From: Saccharicrinis fermentans DSM 9555 = JCM 21142
Lineage (GTDB): Bacteria > Bacteroidota > Bacteroidia > Bacteroidales > Marinilabiliaceae
Direction: 5' to 3'
Assembly: GCF_000517085.1 (NCBI RefSeq)
Contig: NZ_KI912107.1
Span: forward strand, 866,398-930,397
DNA length: 64,000 nt
Position numbers and translations under genes: made by a program. Positions within the stretch are counted from its first letter, which is position 1. Each line of letters begins with the position of its first letter. This document shows, piece after piece, positions 40,003 through 51,337 of this stretch. The notes beneath the pieces are model-generated. The model was given only the letters and a program-made list of their open reading frames with translations, did not search any database and had not been told where the DNA came from.

Positions 40003-40887
40003 TTAAACCCATTCTTCGCTTAATACCTCTCCCTCAATAGAGATGACGGCTTTCTTAATGGGAATTTTTCTAGAGGCCAGCTGTAAAGCTTGGTTTGCGA
40101 GTCCCATTAGGCCACCGCAACAAGGTACTTGCATAATTACAACGGTCAAGGAATTGATTCTGGCATCGTTAATTAGAGAAACCAATTTATTTAGATACGT
40201 GTCCATGCCATTATCCAACTTAGGGCAAGCTATGGCCAATACTTTGTTTTTTAGAAATTTGGAATGAAAATCACCCATGGCAAAAGGAACACAGTCTGCA
40301 GCCAGCACCATGTCCGCTTCCTTAAAGAAGCTAGCTGCGGGATTGATCAGGTGCATTTGCACCGGCCATTGTTTTAACTGAGATGGTTGAGGCGTAACAG
40401 GAGCTGTATCAGCCAAAGAAAAGGCGGTACGTTTAATTTCTCTACTTTGCGAACCAGGGCAGCCTCCACCTTGGTGTGCCATTGTGGGTGTTTCTTTTTT
40501 TCCGTGCATCGTATCTATTACTTCTTGCAGATCAAAATCATATTTATCCGTATTATTCTTTAAAAAGGCCATGGCTTCTTTCACAAAGCCCATTTCGTTA
40601 TGGTCTTTCAAGTGTTTAAGGTGGGCAATAACGGTATTGAATCCTTTACTAACCATTATTTCCATCACTTTGGTTTCGTCATAGGGATCCGCCTCTCTTC
40701 GTTCGATTTCCATGGCACCCTGCGGACAGTGACCCAGGCAAGCGCCCAGTCCATCACACATCAGGTCACTGATCAATCGGGCCTTTCCATCGATAATTTG
40801 TAATGCTCCCTCGTGGCAACCAGGAATGCATTGGCCACAACCATTACATAACTCTTCATCAATTTTAATTACGTCTCTTTCCATCAC
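40003..40887 (-). CDS. 4Fe-4S dicluster domain protein adjacent to hcp
   Basis: Two cysteine clusters, CNGCGQCIPGCHEG and CDGLGACLGHCPQG. Confidence 0.6.
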   Translation of the reverse strand: MMERDVIKIDEELCNGCGQCIPGCHEGALQIIDGKARLISDLMCDGLGACLGHCPQGAMEIERREADPYDETKVMEIMVSKGFNTVIAHLKHLKDHNEMGFVKEAMAFLKNNTDKYDFDLQEVIDTMHGKKETPTMAHQGGGCPGSQSREIKRTAFSLADTAPVTPQPSQLKQWPVQMHLINPAASFFKEADMVLAADCVPFAMGDFHSKFLKNKVLAIACPKLDNGMDTYLNKLVSLINDARINSLTVVIMQVPCCGGLMGLANQALQLASRKIPIKKAVISIEGEVLSEEWV

Positions 40888-41006
40888 CTTTTGTTGTTTG
40901 TTTACTGCAAATATGAGGCGATTTGTAGTGTCATGCTTGTAACATATGTTACAATTCCAGAAAAAATTGTATTTTTCCGCTATTAATACCTCTAAATCTT
41001 ATTTTT

Positions 41007-41681
41007 ATGTTGTTTGATTATCCTATTTTAAAGGAATGTCCTGTTTTTAAAGGTTTAACATTTGAAGAAATTAATGCCTTATTTAAGCAGGTTCATTTTC
41101 AAGTGAAGAGATATCCTGATGATCATTTGGTGGCTTGTGCTGGCGATCGTGTGGATCATTTGATGATTGTGTTATCGGGTAGTGTAAAGGGGGAAATGAT
41201 GGATTTTTCAGGTAAGACCATTAAAATAGAAGATATTGAAGCGCCTAAACCGGTGGCTATCGCCTTTTTATTTGGGAGGAACAACAGGTATCCTGTAAAT
41301 GTGGTTTCTAATAAGCACTCAGAATTATTGATTGTACCCAAAGAATCTGTTCTTAAGTTGTTCAATAAAAATGAAACTATTCTGTTGAATTACTTAAACA
41401 CCATTTCTAATCGTTCCCAATTTTTATCGCAAAAAATTAAATTTTTATCTTTTCAAACTGTAAAAGGAAAAATTGCTAATTATATGTTGCAGATCCGCCA
41501 AGAAGATTCCATGCATCTTACCTTACCTTTATCGCAAAGTCAAATGGGAGAGCTTTTTGGAGTGGCCAGGCCATCCATTGGTAGGGCGATGAGGGAATTG
41601 CATAATGATGGAATTGTGCGGGCCAATGGCAAAGAAATAGAGATCTTAAATATTCAGAAATTAAAAGAATGCCTCGTTTAG
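41007..41681 (+). CDS. hcpR: Crp/Fnr-family regulator (HcpR-like)
   Basis: cNMP-binding fold plus C-terminal HTH GELFGVARPSIGRAMRELHNDGIV. It is divergent from the hcp operon. Confidence 0.75.
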   Translation: MLFDYPILKECPVFKGLTFEEINALFKQVHFQVKRYPDDHLVACAGDRVDHLMIVLSGSVKGEMMDFSGKTIKIEDIEAPKPVAIAFLFGRNNRYPVNVVSNKHSELLIVPKESVLKLFNKNETILLNYLNTISNRSQFLSQKIKFLSFQTVKGKIANYMLQIRQEDSMHLTLPLSQSQMGELFGVARPSIGRAMRELHNDGIVRANGKEIEILNIQKLKECLV

Positions 41682-41757
41682 CATTTTTTGGCATGAAGAC
41701 GCAACCATAGTGCCTTTTTGTGGTCATTTGAATAAACAACTAAATGAGGACGTAAAA

Positions 41758-42525
41758 ATGAAAAAGTTATTATTATTTCTTGGGGTGATGGTTCTGTTTA
41801 AGCTGACATCTTGTGATGTGCTGGACGATGATAGCGATTATTCTTTGGATAATTTTTCGCTGTCATCCGGAACCGTATTAATGGATGTGGATTCCTATTC
41901 CATTAAAACAGACAATGGTAAGGTGCTGTGGCCATCAGCATCTAATGTGAGCGTTAGTCTGTTAGAAGATAGTATGCGTGTGCTGGTTAATTATACTATT
42001 TTAGGAGAGGCCACTGATAATGACAGCTATGATTATTATGTGAGAGTAAATGGTTTGTCAAAGATTCTGACAAAGCCTGTTTTTGAGTTTACTTCTGAAA
42101 CGACAGCCGATGTTATTGATTCCATTGGTGATGATGCAGTAACCATTGTTGACACTTGGTTTACGGATGATTATTTAAATGTAGAATTTGAGTATGGAGG
42201 AGGTGCAACGGTGCATTATATTAATTTGGTTTTTGATGCAGAAAACCCGACTACCGAAGATGGTGCGATTATCTTGGAGTTGAAGCATAACCATAATGGA
42301 GATCCTTATAGTTATCTGCAATGGGGGATCGCTTCGTTCGATGTTTCAGCTTTCCAGACGGCAGAAAAGGATACCATTGACTTTTTTGTTAGAAGCAAAG
42401 GAAAGGACGGTGCGTATAATTACAACCAGGTGCTTACATATTCCTATGGATCTGCTTCAGTGGAAGAATCTATTAATAAGCAATATGACACAGAGAATGT
42501 GAGTCTTTTACAATCTATTCAATAA
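41758..42525 (+). CDS. lipoprotein of unknown function
   Basis: Lipobox LTSCD after a hydrophobic signal. Confidence 0.5.
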   Translation: MKKLLLFLGVMVLFKLTSCDVLDDDSDYSLDNFSLSSGTVLMDVDSYSIKTDNGKVLWPSASNVSVSLLEDSMRVLVNYTILGEATDNDSYDYYVRVNGLSKILTKPVFEFTSETTADVIDSIGDDAVTIVDTWFTDDYLNVEFEYGGGATVHYINLVFDAENPTTEDGAIILELKHNHNGDPYSYLQWGIASFDVSAFQTAEKDTIDFFVRSKGKDGAYNYNQVLTYSYGSASVEESINKQYDTENVSLLQSIQ

Positions 42526-42751
42526 TTAGCTTTGTGGAGGCCGTGCGACTAGCTTTATAAAATACTTTTGGTATGGCCTCTTTTTTTTTATTCTATTAAT
42601 ATTCTGATAACCTTTTTGTTATTGCATTATATTTAAAAATGTACAGAAATATCATCAAGTTTTTAGGTTTTACCCTTGGTATGATAGAAATAAATTACCT
42701 ATATTTGCAGCGCATTTGAGGAAAATGGTTCTTGAATAGCAAGTAAATGAT

Positions 42752-42825
42752 GGATCTGTAGCATAACTGGATAGTGCACTGCGTTACGGCCGCAGAGGTT
42801 AGGGGTTCGAATCCCTTCAGATTCA
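42752..42825 (+). tRNA. tRNA-Arg (anticodon ACG)
   Basis: Full cloverleaf folded by hand. Acceptor GGATCTG/CAGATTC, D-arm GCAT/GTGC, anticodon arm CTGCG-TTACGGC-CGCAG, T-arm AGGGG-TTCGAAT-CCCTT. CCA is not encoded. Confidence 0.85.
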
Positions 42826-42859
42826 CACAAATAAAATTACTATTGTGGTAATACATGAT

Positions 42860-42933
42860 GGACCTGTAGCATAACTGGATAGTGCACTGCGTTACGGCCG
42901 CAGAGGTTAGGGGTTCGAATCCCTTCAGGTTCA
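42860..42933 (+). tRNA. tRNA-Arg (anticodon ACG), second tandem copy
   Basis: Identical except for a compensatory acceptor pair (T4-A69 changed to C4-G69). Confidence 0.85.
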
Positions 42934-42946
42934 CTTTATTTTATTA

Positions 42947-42990
42947 TAAAAAAGCGCTTAGGACAGAAGTTTTAGGCGCTTTTTTTTTTG
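42947..42990 (+). terminator. terminator-like hairpin with T10 run after the tRNA pair
   Basis: AAAAAGCGC...GCGCTTTTTTTTTT. Confidence 0.45.
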
Positions 42991-45900
42991 CATTTTTTGC
43001 GCGGTGAGTTTTGGGTATTTTTATACCTTTGGGTTTATTTTATTTAATTTCTTGTACCAGAATTAATGATACAAAAGACTTTTCTGCTTCTGATTATTTC
43101 CTTTTATAGCATGGTTGCTATACCAGCTGGTAACTTGTTGGAACTTTCGCAAAAGCTAACCATTTCTGATGGTTTGGCGCATAATGGTGTAACTTGCATA
43201 CTTGAAGATTCGAAGGGATATTTATGGATTGGAACTTATGATGGAATTAATGTGTATAATGGTTATGAGTTAATTACCTATAAAAATACCATATATAACC
43301 AAGTGTTGGCGAGCAACCGAGTTCGTTCTTTAGCTGAGGATAGCAAGGGTAATATTTGGATTGGTACGGATGAGGGAGTTTCCATTTACGATTATGAAAC
43401 AGAAAGATTTAGTGTTGTTTATTCGCAAAAGACAGCAGATAAAAATAAGAATAGTCCGATCGTTCGAAAGATAGTAGTAAGTAAAGATGGTGCGTATATA
43501 TTTTGTCTGACTCAATACGAAGGTATCTTAGTATTTGACAAGCAGAATCAATTAATAACGAAATGTATGCCGGAAGGGAGATATAATGACCTGATCTTTT
43601 TTGATGGAGTAGAGTTGGATAGTTCCAATTATATTTTTACCACCACTGCTGGTCTCTTTAGTTTTCAATTAGAATCGTTTTCTTTCAAGTTTGAAATTCC
43701 ACATGACAACGGTATTTCCAATGCGAGTATTTTATTGGTTGGAAATAACATATTGGCAACCAGAAATAGAGGTGTTTCTATTGTTGATTGGAAAAAGGAA
43801 AATGGACAATATGCTTTTCGTCTTAAAACAATAAAATATGAGAATGAACAGTTAAACAGTATCTCTATCGATAAATTGGGAAATCTTTGGGTAGGAACTA
43901 ACTTTAAGGGTGTTGTTCGTATTAAAAATGCCAATGCCTTTATTTTAGGGGAACCATATGAAGAAAATAGATATAGTAGTGAAAGAGATAATCTTATAAC
44001 CAGCTCGGTGCGTGCTGATATTTCCAGTGGTTGTTGGGTTACTACTTTTAATAGAGGGGTGTATCGTTTTGATATAGAGGATAATCCTTTTAAAAGTTTC
44101 GACAAAGATCAAGGTGAGATGTACAATCTTTACGATAACAGTGTATCGCATATTGCTGTCTGGGATCAGGATAGAGTGTTTTTAAGTGCACCACGAGGAG
44201 GTTTTGGTCTTTTTAATACAAAAACAGGCCGTTTGGAGCCATTACCTTTTGAAGTACCTGACGGGATTGGTTACTTTTCTTCAGTTTTTGTAGATAGCAG
44301 AAAAGATATATGGTTAAAAGTTACCGGAGGTCTTGGCTTGTGTAGGATTCGTTATGGAGATCGCAAATTAAGTTTAGTTGGAGAACGTGAATACGGAATT
44401 GACAAAGATATAAGGCCTCGAACCATCAGTGAAGATCAGTTTGGTAATATTTGGATGGGTGGAGAAAGTGGTGTTTACAAAATATCGGTGGGTGACAATG
44501 GCTCAATTCTTAATGTAGAGGAGTTGAACCAGCATCTTTTTTTTCAGCAAACTCCCATTTATTTGGTGCGCTGTATATATGTGGATCCTCTTCATAATTA
44601 TATTTGGATAGGTACAGATTCGGACGGTCTGATTAGAATTGATAACCAGAAGAGTGTCCCTATTACAGAGCTGGAAATTCATCGTTCATTGCGTGATAAG
44701 AATAAAGAGTTTTCCATATCTAGTAACTTTGTAAGTACAATTGTTCGTTTACCGAATGATGATTTGTGGATAGGAACCGAAAGAGGAGGTATTTGTAAGG
44801 TTTTTGATTATGATAAAGATCCTAAGTTTATTGCCTTCACCGAAAAAGATGGCTTATCTAATAATGTGGTGAAACGTATCTTTTACGATCATGAATATAA
44901 TCTCTGGGTTGCGACAAATGTAGGTCTGAATAAATTTTTTGTCAAAGATCATCATTTTAGGAGTTTTTATGAATCTGACGGACTCCCTTTTGAAGATTTT
45001 TGGTATTCCTTTGGGAAACTCAACAATGGAAACGTGGTGTTGTCTGGTATGAAGGGGATATGTTATTTTAAGCCAGAAGATATTATCGATGATGAGAGTT
45101 TGCCTCGACTTGAGTTTTCTAAACTTCGTGTATTTAACCAAGTAGTTGCACCTGGAGATACTATAAACAATAGAGTATTACTCAAAAAGCGGTTGAATAG
45201 TACATCAGAAATTGAACTTAAACATAATGAAAATGTATTTTCCTTGGAGGTAAATTCATTACATTTTTCATCACCTGATAATCATTATATCAAGTATCAA
45301 CTTTCTCCTGTTAATAAGGAGTGGATACAGGTTAAGTCTGGGCAGAGAGTTATTTCGTATAGTGGTCTTCAACATGGAGAATACATACTGAGGGTGATGG
45401 CTTCCAACTCATTGCACGAGTGGACTGCCCCCAAAGAATTGCATATTGTTGTTAAACCACCCATTTGGCAAACGATGCAGGCTTATGTTTTATATATGTT
45501 TTTTATTGCATTGATTATTTTTGTTGTGATGTACTTTGTGTTAAAGCTGCAATCGTTGAAACATAATTTGCATATCGAGCACCTCGAAAAAGATAAGCAA
45601 AAGGAAATCAATGTTGCTAAACTTCGTTTTTTCTCTAATATCTCACATGAAATTAAAACCCCATTAACTTTAATATCTGGTCCCATAAACATTTTAGCGG
45701 AACGCTTTCATGCCAATAGTGATGTAAGTGATAAGCTTAAGATCGTGCAGCGACAATCTAAAAAGATAAGCCGTTTAGTAGATCAAGTGCATGATTTTCA
45801 GCGATTGGAAGCTAATTTGTTAAAAATGGACATCACCCAATTTTGTTTTGATGATTTTATTAATGAACTAAAAACTGATTTTGAATTCTTAGCCCGTTCA

Positions 45901-45996
45901 GAAAAGAAAGTGTTTAGTGTACAAGGGGAAGATGCCACGATTTATGTTTCGGCAGATAGAGACAAATTAGAAAAGATATTTAATAACATCATTAAT

Positions 45997-47516
45997 TCTA
46001 CTTTAACAGATTTATTGCTTTGAATAACAGAGGTCTATGTCACGCTGTCGCTTTTCATGTCGCTGCTGCAGTTTTTCCAGCATCCGTTCATCGGTCATTT
46101 CACGATAAAATTTGTATACCATAAAATCCATAATGTCTCTTGCCGACAACAATGGGACTTCGTCTTGATTCAATAGTTTTTCTTTCAGCATAAAGCTGCC
46201 CACCATTAAGTTGAGGGCTACTTGGTGATGCCATGACAGCCATTTGCGGGTTTGGAACTGATCCAAGCCTACTATCTGTTTTTGCTCTTTGAAGCTATGC
46301 TCAATGAAAAAGCGTTGTGCCTGCATGTATGCCAGCGCCTGATGCGTGTATTGAGCAAGTTCTGCGTTAGTGAACGAATATTTTATTTCTACTCCCTGCT
46401 TTGTCTTTCTTTTCGAAATGACCAGCAACCGTTTCTCAACAATGTTCTGAACCTTATCCCAAATGTAAACTGTCTTAAAATGGAACAATCCCTTCAGCTT
46501 TCCCTTGGCAGAATCACGAATGTCAAGCTTTTTCCAGTCCTTGTTTGTAAGCGTTTCTATATATTCGTTAGCGTTTACCGATGGGGTGCTTGCCTTCGGC
46601 CTTTTGGGTGGGCGCCCACGATTGCTCTTTCGCTCTGGAATATGTAGTTCTGGTTTTTCAAGGTGGATTTTTTGATCGCTATGAATGTCAAGCATGTACA
46701 CCAAACCCATATCCTCAACCGAACGGGTAAACGCAAGGTCATTGCCATAAAGTCCATCCCCCCCAACGTAATCGAACTCGATACCCATTTCCAGTTGGTG
46801 CTTCACAATATCTGTAGCCAGCTCCGGTTTTGTCTTGAAAACCCTGTCCTCTTTGGGGATGCCAGCAGTTTCACACCTGGCGTTGTTAGTACACCATGAC
46901 CTTGGAAGGTACAGTCTCGTGTCGACCAACGCTGCATATTTGTCCGTGCACAAGCAACCAAAAACTGCAACCTGCGAGTTTGCAGTCTTCCCAACGTTCC
47001 CGCAATACTGGTGATCAACACCAATGCTTTTGTCACCTTTTTTCACCCATCCGCTTTCGTCTATGAGTAATCCTTTTAATTTTTGGTTTGGGAGTGATTG
47101 GTCTACCTGATTTGCTATTTGGTCGATGACAGCTCTTGCATCCCAATTGGATTCGGTGATAAAATGCTGCATCTTATGGTAGTCTGCGTTTAATGTCTCA
47201 GTGATGCGTTCGATGTTTTTCAAATCGCTTAAAGCTAGACCTTCGACGTATTGAGTAGCTTTGTCGAAGTTGGATTTTGTTCTATTTTTAAAATGGTGCT
47301 GAAATTCAGATAAATACACTTCAAGTCGGTTGTTGACCGCTAGCAGTGTTTTACCATTATTCGTATATTTTTTTAAGTTTTTCGCCCGTTACCCATTGCA
47401 AACTTGAGTTTTGTTCTTTGTTTCAATTGCAATATACTAATTTACTGTTTATTACGAAAGAAAAACAATACTAAATTATCGTTTTTTCAGTGATCATTTT
47501 AATCTGTTAAAGTAGA
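45997..47516 (-). mobile_element. DDE-transposase insertion sequence (IS4/IS701-like), 1520 bp, perfect 16-bp terminal inverted repeats, 6-bp target duplication ATTAAT
   Basis: TCTACTTTAACAGATT at 45997 and its reverse complement at 47501-47516. ATTAAT is at 45991-45996 and 47517-47522. Confidence 0.85.
46012..47319 (-). CDS. IS4/IS701-family DDE transposase
   Basis: 435 aa. Carries DDE_Tnp_1-like conserved blocks (…LIDESGWVKKG…, …YGNDLAFTR…). Confidence 0.75.
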   Translation of the reverse strand: MYLSEFQHHFKNRTKSNFDKATQYVEGLALSDLKNIERITETLNADYHKMQHFITESNWDARAVIDQIANQVDQSLPNQKLKGLLIDESGWVKKGDKSIGVDHQYCGNVGKTANSQVAVFGCLCTDKYAALVDTRLYLPRSWCTNNARCETAGIPKEDRVFKTKPELATDIVKHQLEMGIEFDYVGGDGLYGNDLAFTRSVEDMGLVYMLDIHSDQKIHLEKPELHIPERKSNRGRPPKRPKASTPSVNANEYIETLTNKDWKKLDIRDSAKGKLKGLFHFKTVYIWDKVQNIVEKRLLVISKRKTKQGVEIKYSFTNAELAQYTHQALAYMQAQRFFIEHSFKEQKQIVGLDQFQTRKWLSWHHQVALNLMVGSFMLKEKLLNQDEVPLLSARDIMDFMVYKFYREMTDERMLEKLQQRHEKRQRDIDLCYSKQ

Positions 47517-49302
47517 ATTAATAATGCTTTTAAATATACTAAAGTTAATAGTTCTATTTCTATAAACTATAAAAGAATAGGTAAAGACTTGTTTGTGAGC
47601 TTTACAGACACAGGTAAGGGCATAGACTCTGAGGATTTACCCCATATTTTTGAGCGTTTCTATCAATCAAAGAAAAAACACAGTGCTTATACGGGAGGTT
47701 CTGGTATTGGCTTAGCATTCACCAAACGATTGGTTGAGATGCATTATGGCGATATATGGGTCACGAGTACCTTGGGGCAGGGAAGTACATTTGAGCTTCG
47801 TTTACCTGTTGTTGTGGAAGAATCATGTTTAAGCAATGAAGAACATGAAGAGATTTTGAAGGTAGAGAAAGAACAGGAACAAAAATCATTGGAGCTTCAA
47901 AATATAGATGTTCACCATATTAAGTCCAATGTCGATTTTAGTGGGGCGTCGGTATATTTTGTCGAGGACAGTACTGAGATGCGAAACTTTGTGTGTGGCG
48001 TGTTGCAGGCATTTTTTAAGGTGAAATCTTTTGTTAATGGACAGGAGTGTTTGGATGCAATGAAGGAAGAGTGGCCTGATATTGTGATTAGTGACGTGCT
48101 GATGCCTGAAATGAACGGATTTGATTTATGCAAGAATATAAAAGCTGATATTAAAACCAGTCATATTCCTGTCATCTTATTGACAGCTTGTACCACTATT
48201 GATGATCAGATTCAAGGACTTCAGTTAGGTGCTGATGCTTATATCAGAAAGCCATTTGATGTACAACACTTGATTACGCGTACCGAAACATTGTTAAAAG
48301 GGCGTCAACAATTAAGGGAAAGATATAGTATTGACCTGCCATTAACACAGCGCAAAGAAGATAGCAGTGCTAAGGACAATGCATTTCTTGAAAAACTCTA
48401 TCAATTAATGGAGCAAAATCTAGATAACCAGGAATTAGATCTGGATCTGTTTGCCAAAGAGTTGTATCTCAATCGAACACATTTCTTTCAAAAAGTAAAA
48501 GCTATTACTAATCAAACACCTTACGAACTGTTAAAAAATTATCGTATTAAAAAGGCTGCTGAGTTTCTAGGACAGGAAAAGGTATCTGTTAACGAAGCTT
48601 TTGCTATGACAGGTTTTAAAAGTCGTGCACATTTTAATAAGTTATTTAAAGAAAAGTACCAGGTGACGCCGGGCAAATATGCCACCGAGATGAAAAATAA
48701 GTACACTGGTAATTCCAGTGAATGAGTAATTCTTGTTTAATTAAATTTCTAACTATTAATAAATAGGCTGCAGGGAAGGTCAGAGTAATTGCCCAGTAGT
48801 TGGTGTTGGTAAAAAGCTATGGATCCGGAAATTTATTAGAAAAACATAGATCACTCTAAAGCGATTGGTGTTTTTAAATTACAAGCGTTGAGAAATTTCC
48901 ATCTTAGGGTGCGTTATGCCTCGTCACAGAAAAGCCTCCTTTTAGTACGCTCATCTTTTAGTTCCCTCTTTTATATTCTATCCGTTTATTCTAACTCTGC
49001 CTAGGTTAAGATATCATTTTTAATAGCTAATTCTTTCTATAAAAGCATATAATTTACGCTCAGGTACATTTACTGAACGCATACGGATAGTGTATGTATG
49101 TGTTTTTAGTTCATTTGTTTCAAGCCTTTGGATAACCTCTTTTACGTAAAAGGGGTAGTTGTTTAAAGCAAAATGAAGATAGGATATATTTCAAGGTGAG
49201 AAAATCTATATCGATGAGGGATGTATGCAAATCTTAAAATAAACCTATTTGACTAAGAATGGATTAGCAGGAATAAAAACAGACAAATTATTAAGAATGA
49301 AG

Positions 49303-51114
49303 AATATGAAGAACGTATGCATTATAGTTATTAATATTATATGGCTAAGTTTTGTTTCCTTAAGAGCAGAAACAGTTATCAGGTTACAACCTTCGTCAGA
49401 GGATATGACTAGTATTGTCCGTAAAGCCATAGATAGTGCGGTAGATAAAGACATTAAAATCATATTTGAGAAAGGAACCTATTATTTTAAGCCAGATTAT
49501 GCTAGTGATAAATATTGTTTTATCACGAATCATGAGAATGGTCTTAAGAAAGTTATTTTTCCCATTGAAAATTTTGACTCAGTGGATATTCAAGGGAATG
49601 GGGCTTCATTAATATTTCATGGAAGGGTATTGCCCTTTATGTTTAGTAATTGTAAAAGGATTGATATGAAAAACCTTTCTGTCGACTGGGAAACCCCTTT
49701 TACCTTTCAAGGTGAAGTAATGGCAGTAAATAAAGAGGAAGGATGGCGTGATATAAAACCCTCCACAGAAGGTTTTTCTTGGGAATTAAAAAATGGTCGT
49801 ATTTTCTTTCCAAACATTGATGGATTTCATTTTTCGAGTCTTGGAAGTACACTTTCTTTTGATCCTGAAACCGGTGATGTTGCACATGGTGCTTGGGATT
49901 TGAGTAGCAGACCCAGTAAGGTAGAAATGCGTCCGGGTGGTATTATACGTTTCTATGAGAAATTAAAGCATTACCCTAAGGTTGGTATGATTCTTAATTC
50001 TAAAGGTCCCAAAGGCGAGAATCGCTATGCTCCTGCTGTTCATGTGCTTTCATCTAAGAATATAACCTTGGATAGTGTAATTGTTCACCATGCCTTGGGT
50101 ATGGGTTTTTTAATGGAGAAAACAGAAAATGCAAGCTTATTGAATTGTGGGGTTTATGTGGCTAAAGATTCTAAGCGTGTTGTTTCTACCATTGCCGATG
50201 CTACTCATTTTTGTAATTGTAAAGGTAAGATACTGGTTCAAGACTGTCGTTTGGAAAGTATGCTCGATGATGGTACCAATGTGCATGGTACTTATGTGGT
50301 TGTTGATGAGGTGTTGGACGATTATACCTTACGTTATGGTTTAGAGCATTTTCAACAATTGGGCTTCGATTTTGCCAGTCGTGGCGATCAAATGTGGTTT
50401 ATTCATCAACCAAATCCTGAACGTGGAATTATTAACCGAGTAAGTGAGGTGAATACCATTAATGACAAGTATACTGTATTAAGATTTAAGGATAAGTTGC
50501 CTAAGAACTTAAAGAAAGGTGATATACTTGAAAATAAAACATGGAATCCAACATTTGTGATGAGAGGATGTAGTATTCAGCATCATAGAGCACGTAATAT
50601 TGTGATTAAAACACCTGAGAAAATTGTAATTGAGAACAATACTTTGTCGTCAATGATGTCTTCCATACTATTTAGAGGTGAGAGTTATTATTGGTTTGAA
50701 TCGGGTGCTGTAAAAGATGTTTTAATACGTAATAATGAGTTTAAGTATTGTGCGTATAGTGGGTCGGAACATGCAGTAATGTATGTGACACCACGTTTAG
50801 GAAAGAATTTTGATTCGAATATTATTTACGATCGTAATATACGATTTGAGAATAATAAAATAGAAACCTTTGATAATCGTATTGTTATAGCTGACAGGGT
50901 GGATGGGTTAATGATTAAGGATAATGTTATTGAAAAGGTAAAATCTCATCCTCAACTACATCCTAATGCACCTCTATTTGAACTTATTAATTGTAAAAAT
51001 ATTGTCATTACAGGTAATAAGTACAAAGGTACATACCCTATTGCTTTTAAAGCTGATGAGAAGAGTAGTTCGAGTCTGACGGTGAAAAACAATTTGGGAT
51101 TTGGTAAGGATTAA
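49303..51114 (+). CDS. secreted right-handed parallel beta-helix repeat protein (putative glycan hydrolase/lyase of the polysaccharide-utilization locus)
   Basis: Signal peptide and the periodic hydrophobic/Asn-rich beta-helix pattern. Confidence 0.5.
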   Translation, partial: NMKNVCIIVINIIWLSFVSLRAETVIRLQPSSEDMTSIVRKAIDSAVDKDIKIIFEKGTYYFKPDYASDKYCFITNHENGLKKVIFPIENFDSVDIQGNGASLIFHGRVLPFMFSNCKRIDMKNLSVDWETPFTFQGEVMAVNKEEGWRDIKPSTEGFSWELKNGRIFFPNIDGFHFSSLGSTLSFDPETGDVAHGAWDLSSRPSKVEMRPGGIIRFYEKLKHYPKVGMILNSKGPKGENRYAPAVHVLSSKNITLDSVIVHHALGMGFLMEKTENASLLNCGVYVAKDSKRVVSTIADATHFCNCKGKILVQDCRLESMLDDGTNVHGTYVVVDEVLDDYTLRYGLEHFQQLGFDFASRGDQMWFIHQPNPERGIINRVSEVNTINDKYTVLRFKDKLPKNLKKGDILENKTWNPTFVMRGCSIQHHRARNIVIKTPEKIVIENNTLSSMMSSILFRGESYYWFESGAVKDVLIRNNEFKYCAYSGSEHAVMYVTPRLGKNFDSNIIYDRNIRFENNKIETFDNRIVIADRVDGLMIKDNVIEKVKSHPQLHPNAPLFELINCKNIVITGNKYKGTYPIAFKADEKSSSSLTVKNNLGFGKD

Positions 51115-51337
51115 AAGAATGTACCTTGGTGTGATTTACATTTTTTTATCTCTAAGTAATGATATTGAACGCTAGAGAACACATGATATCAGTCTTTTCT
51201 TTATCTATGTTTTGAAGAAATAAAACATAGTATTGCATCTTCCACATAGGGAGATGTCTTTGGGGCGAGTTCCATATCATCTTTGAAAGGAAAAATATAA
51301 ACATATAAAAAATATTCATAATATTAATTTGTTATAA

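Larger units (their letters stand above)
43066..48725 (+). pseudogene. hybrid two-component system sensor/regulator (beta-propeller periplasmic domain, HisKA, HATPase_c, REC, AraC HTH) split by an IS insertion inside the HATPase N-box
   Basis: The N-part ends ...KIFNNIINS and the C-part resumes ...INNAFKYT..DTGKGI. Joined, they give the canonical N-box IFNNIINNAFKYT. The REC Asp region and AraC HTH lie in the 3' part. Confidence 0.8.

Noticed and set aside
42695-42934. 79-aa minus-strand ORF
   Set aside because: It is an artefact. The segment encodes two tRNA-Arg genes on the plus strand.
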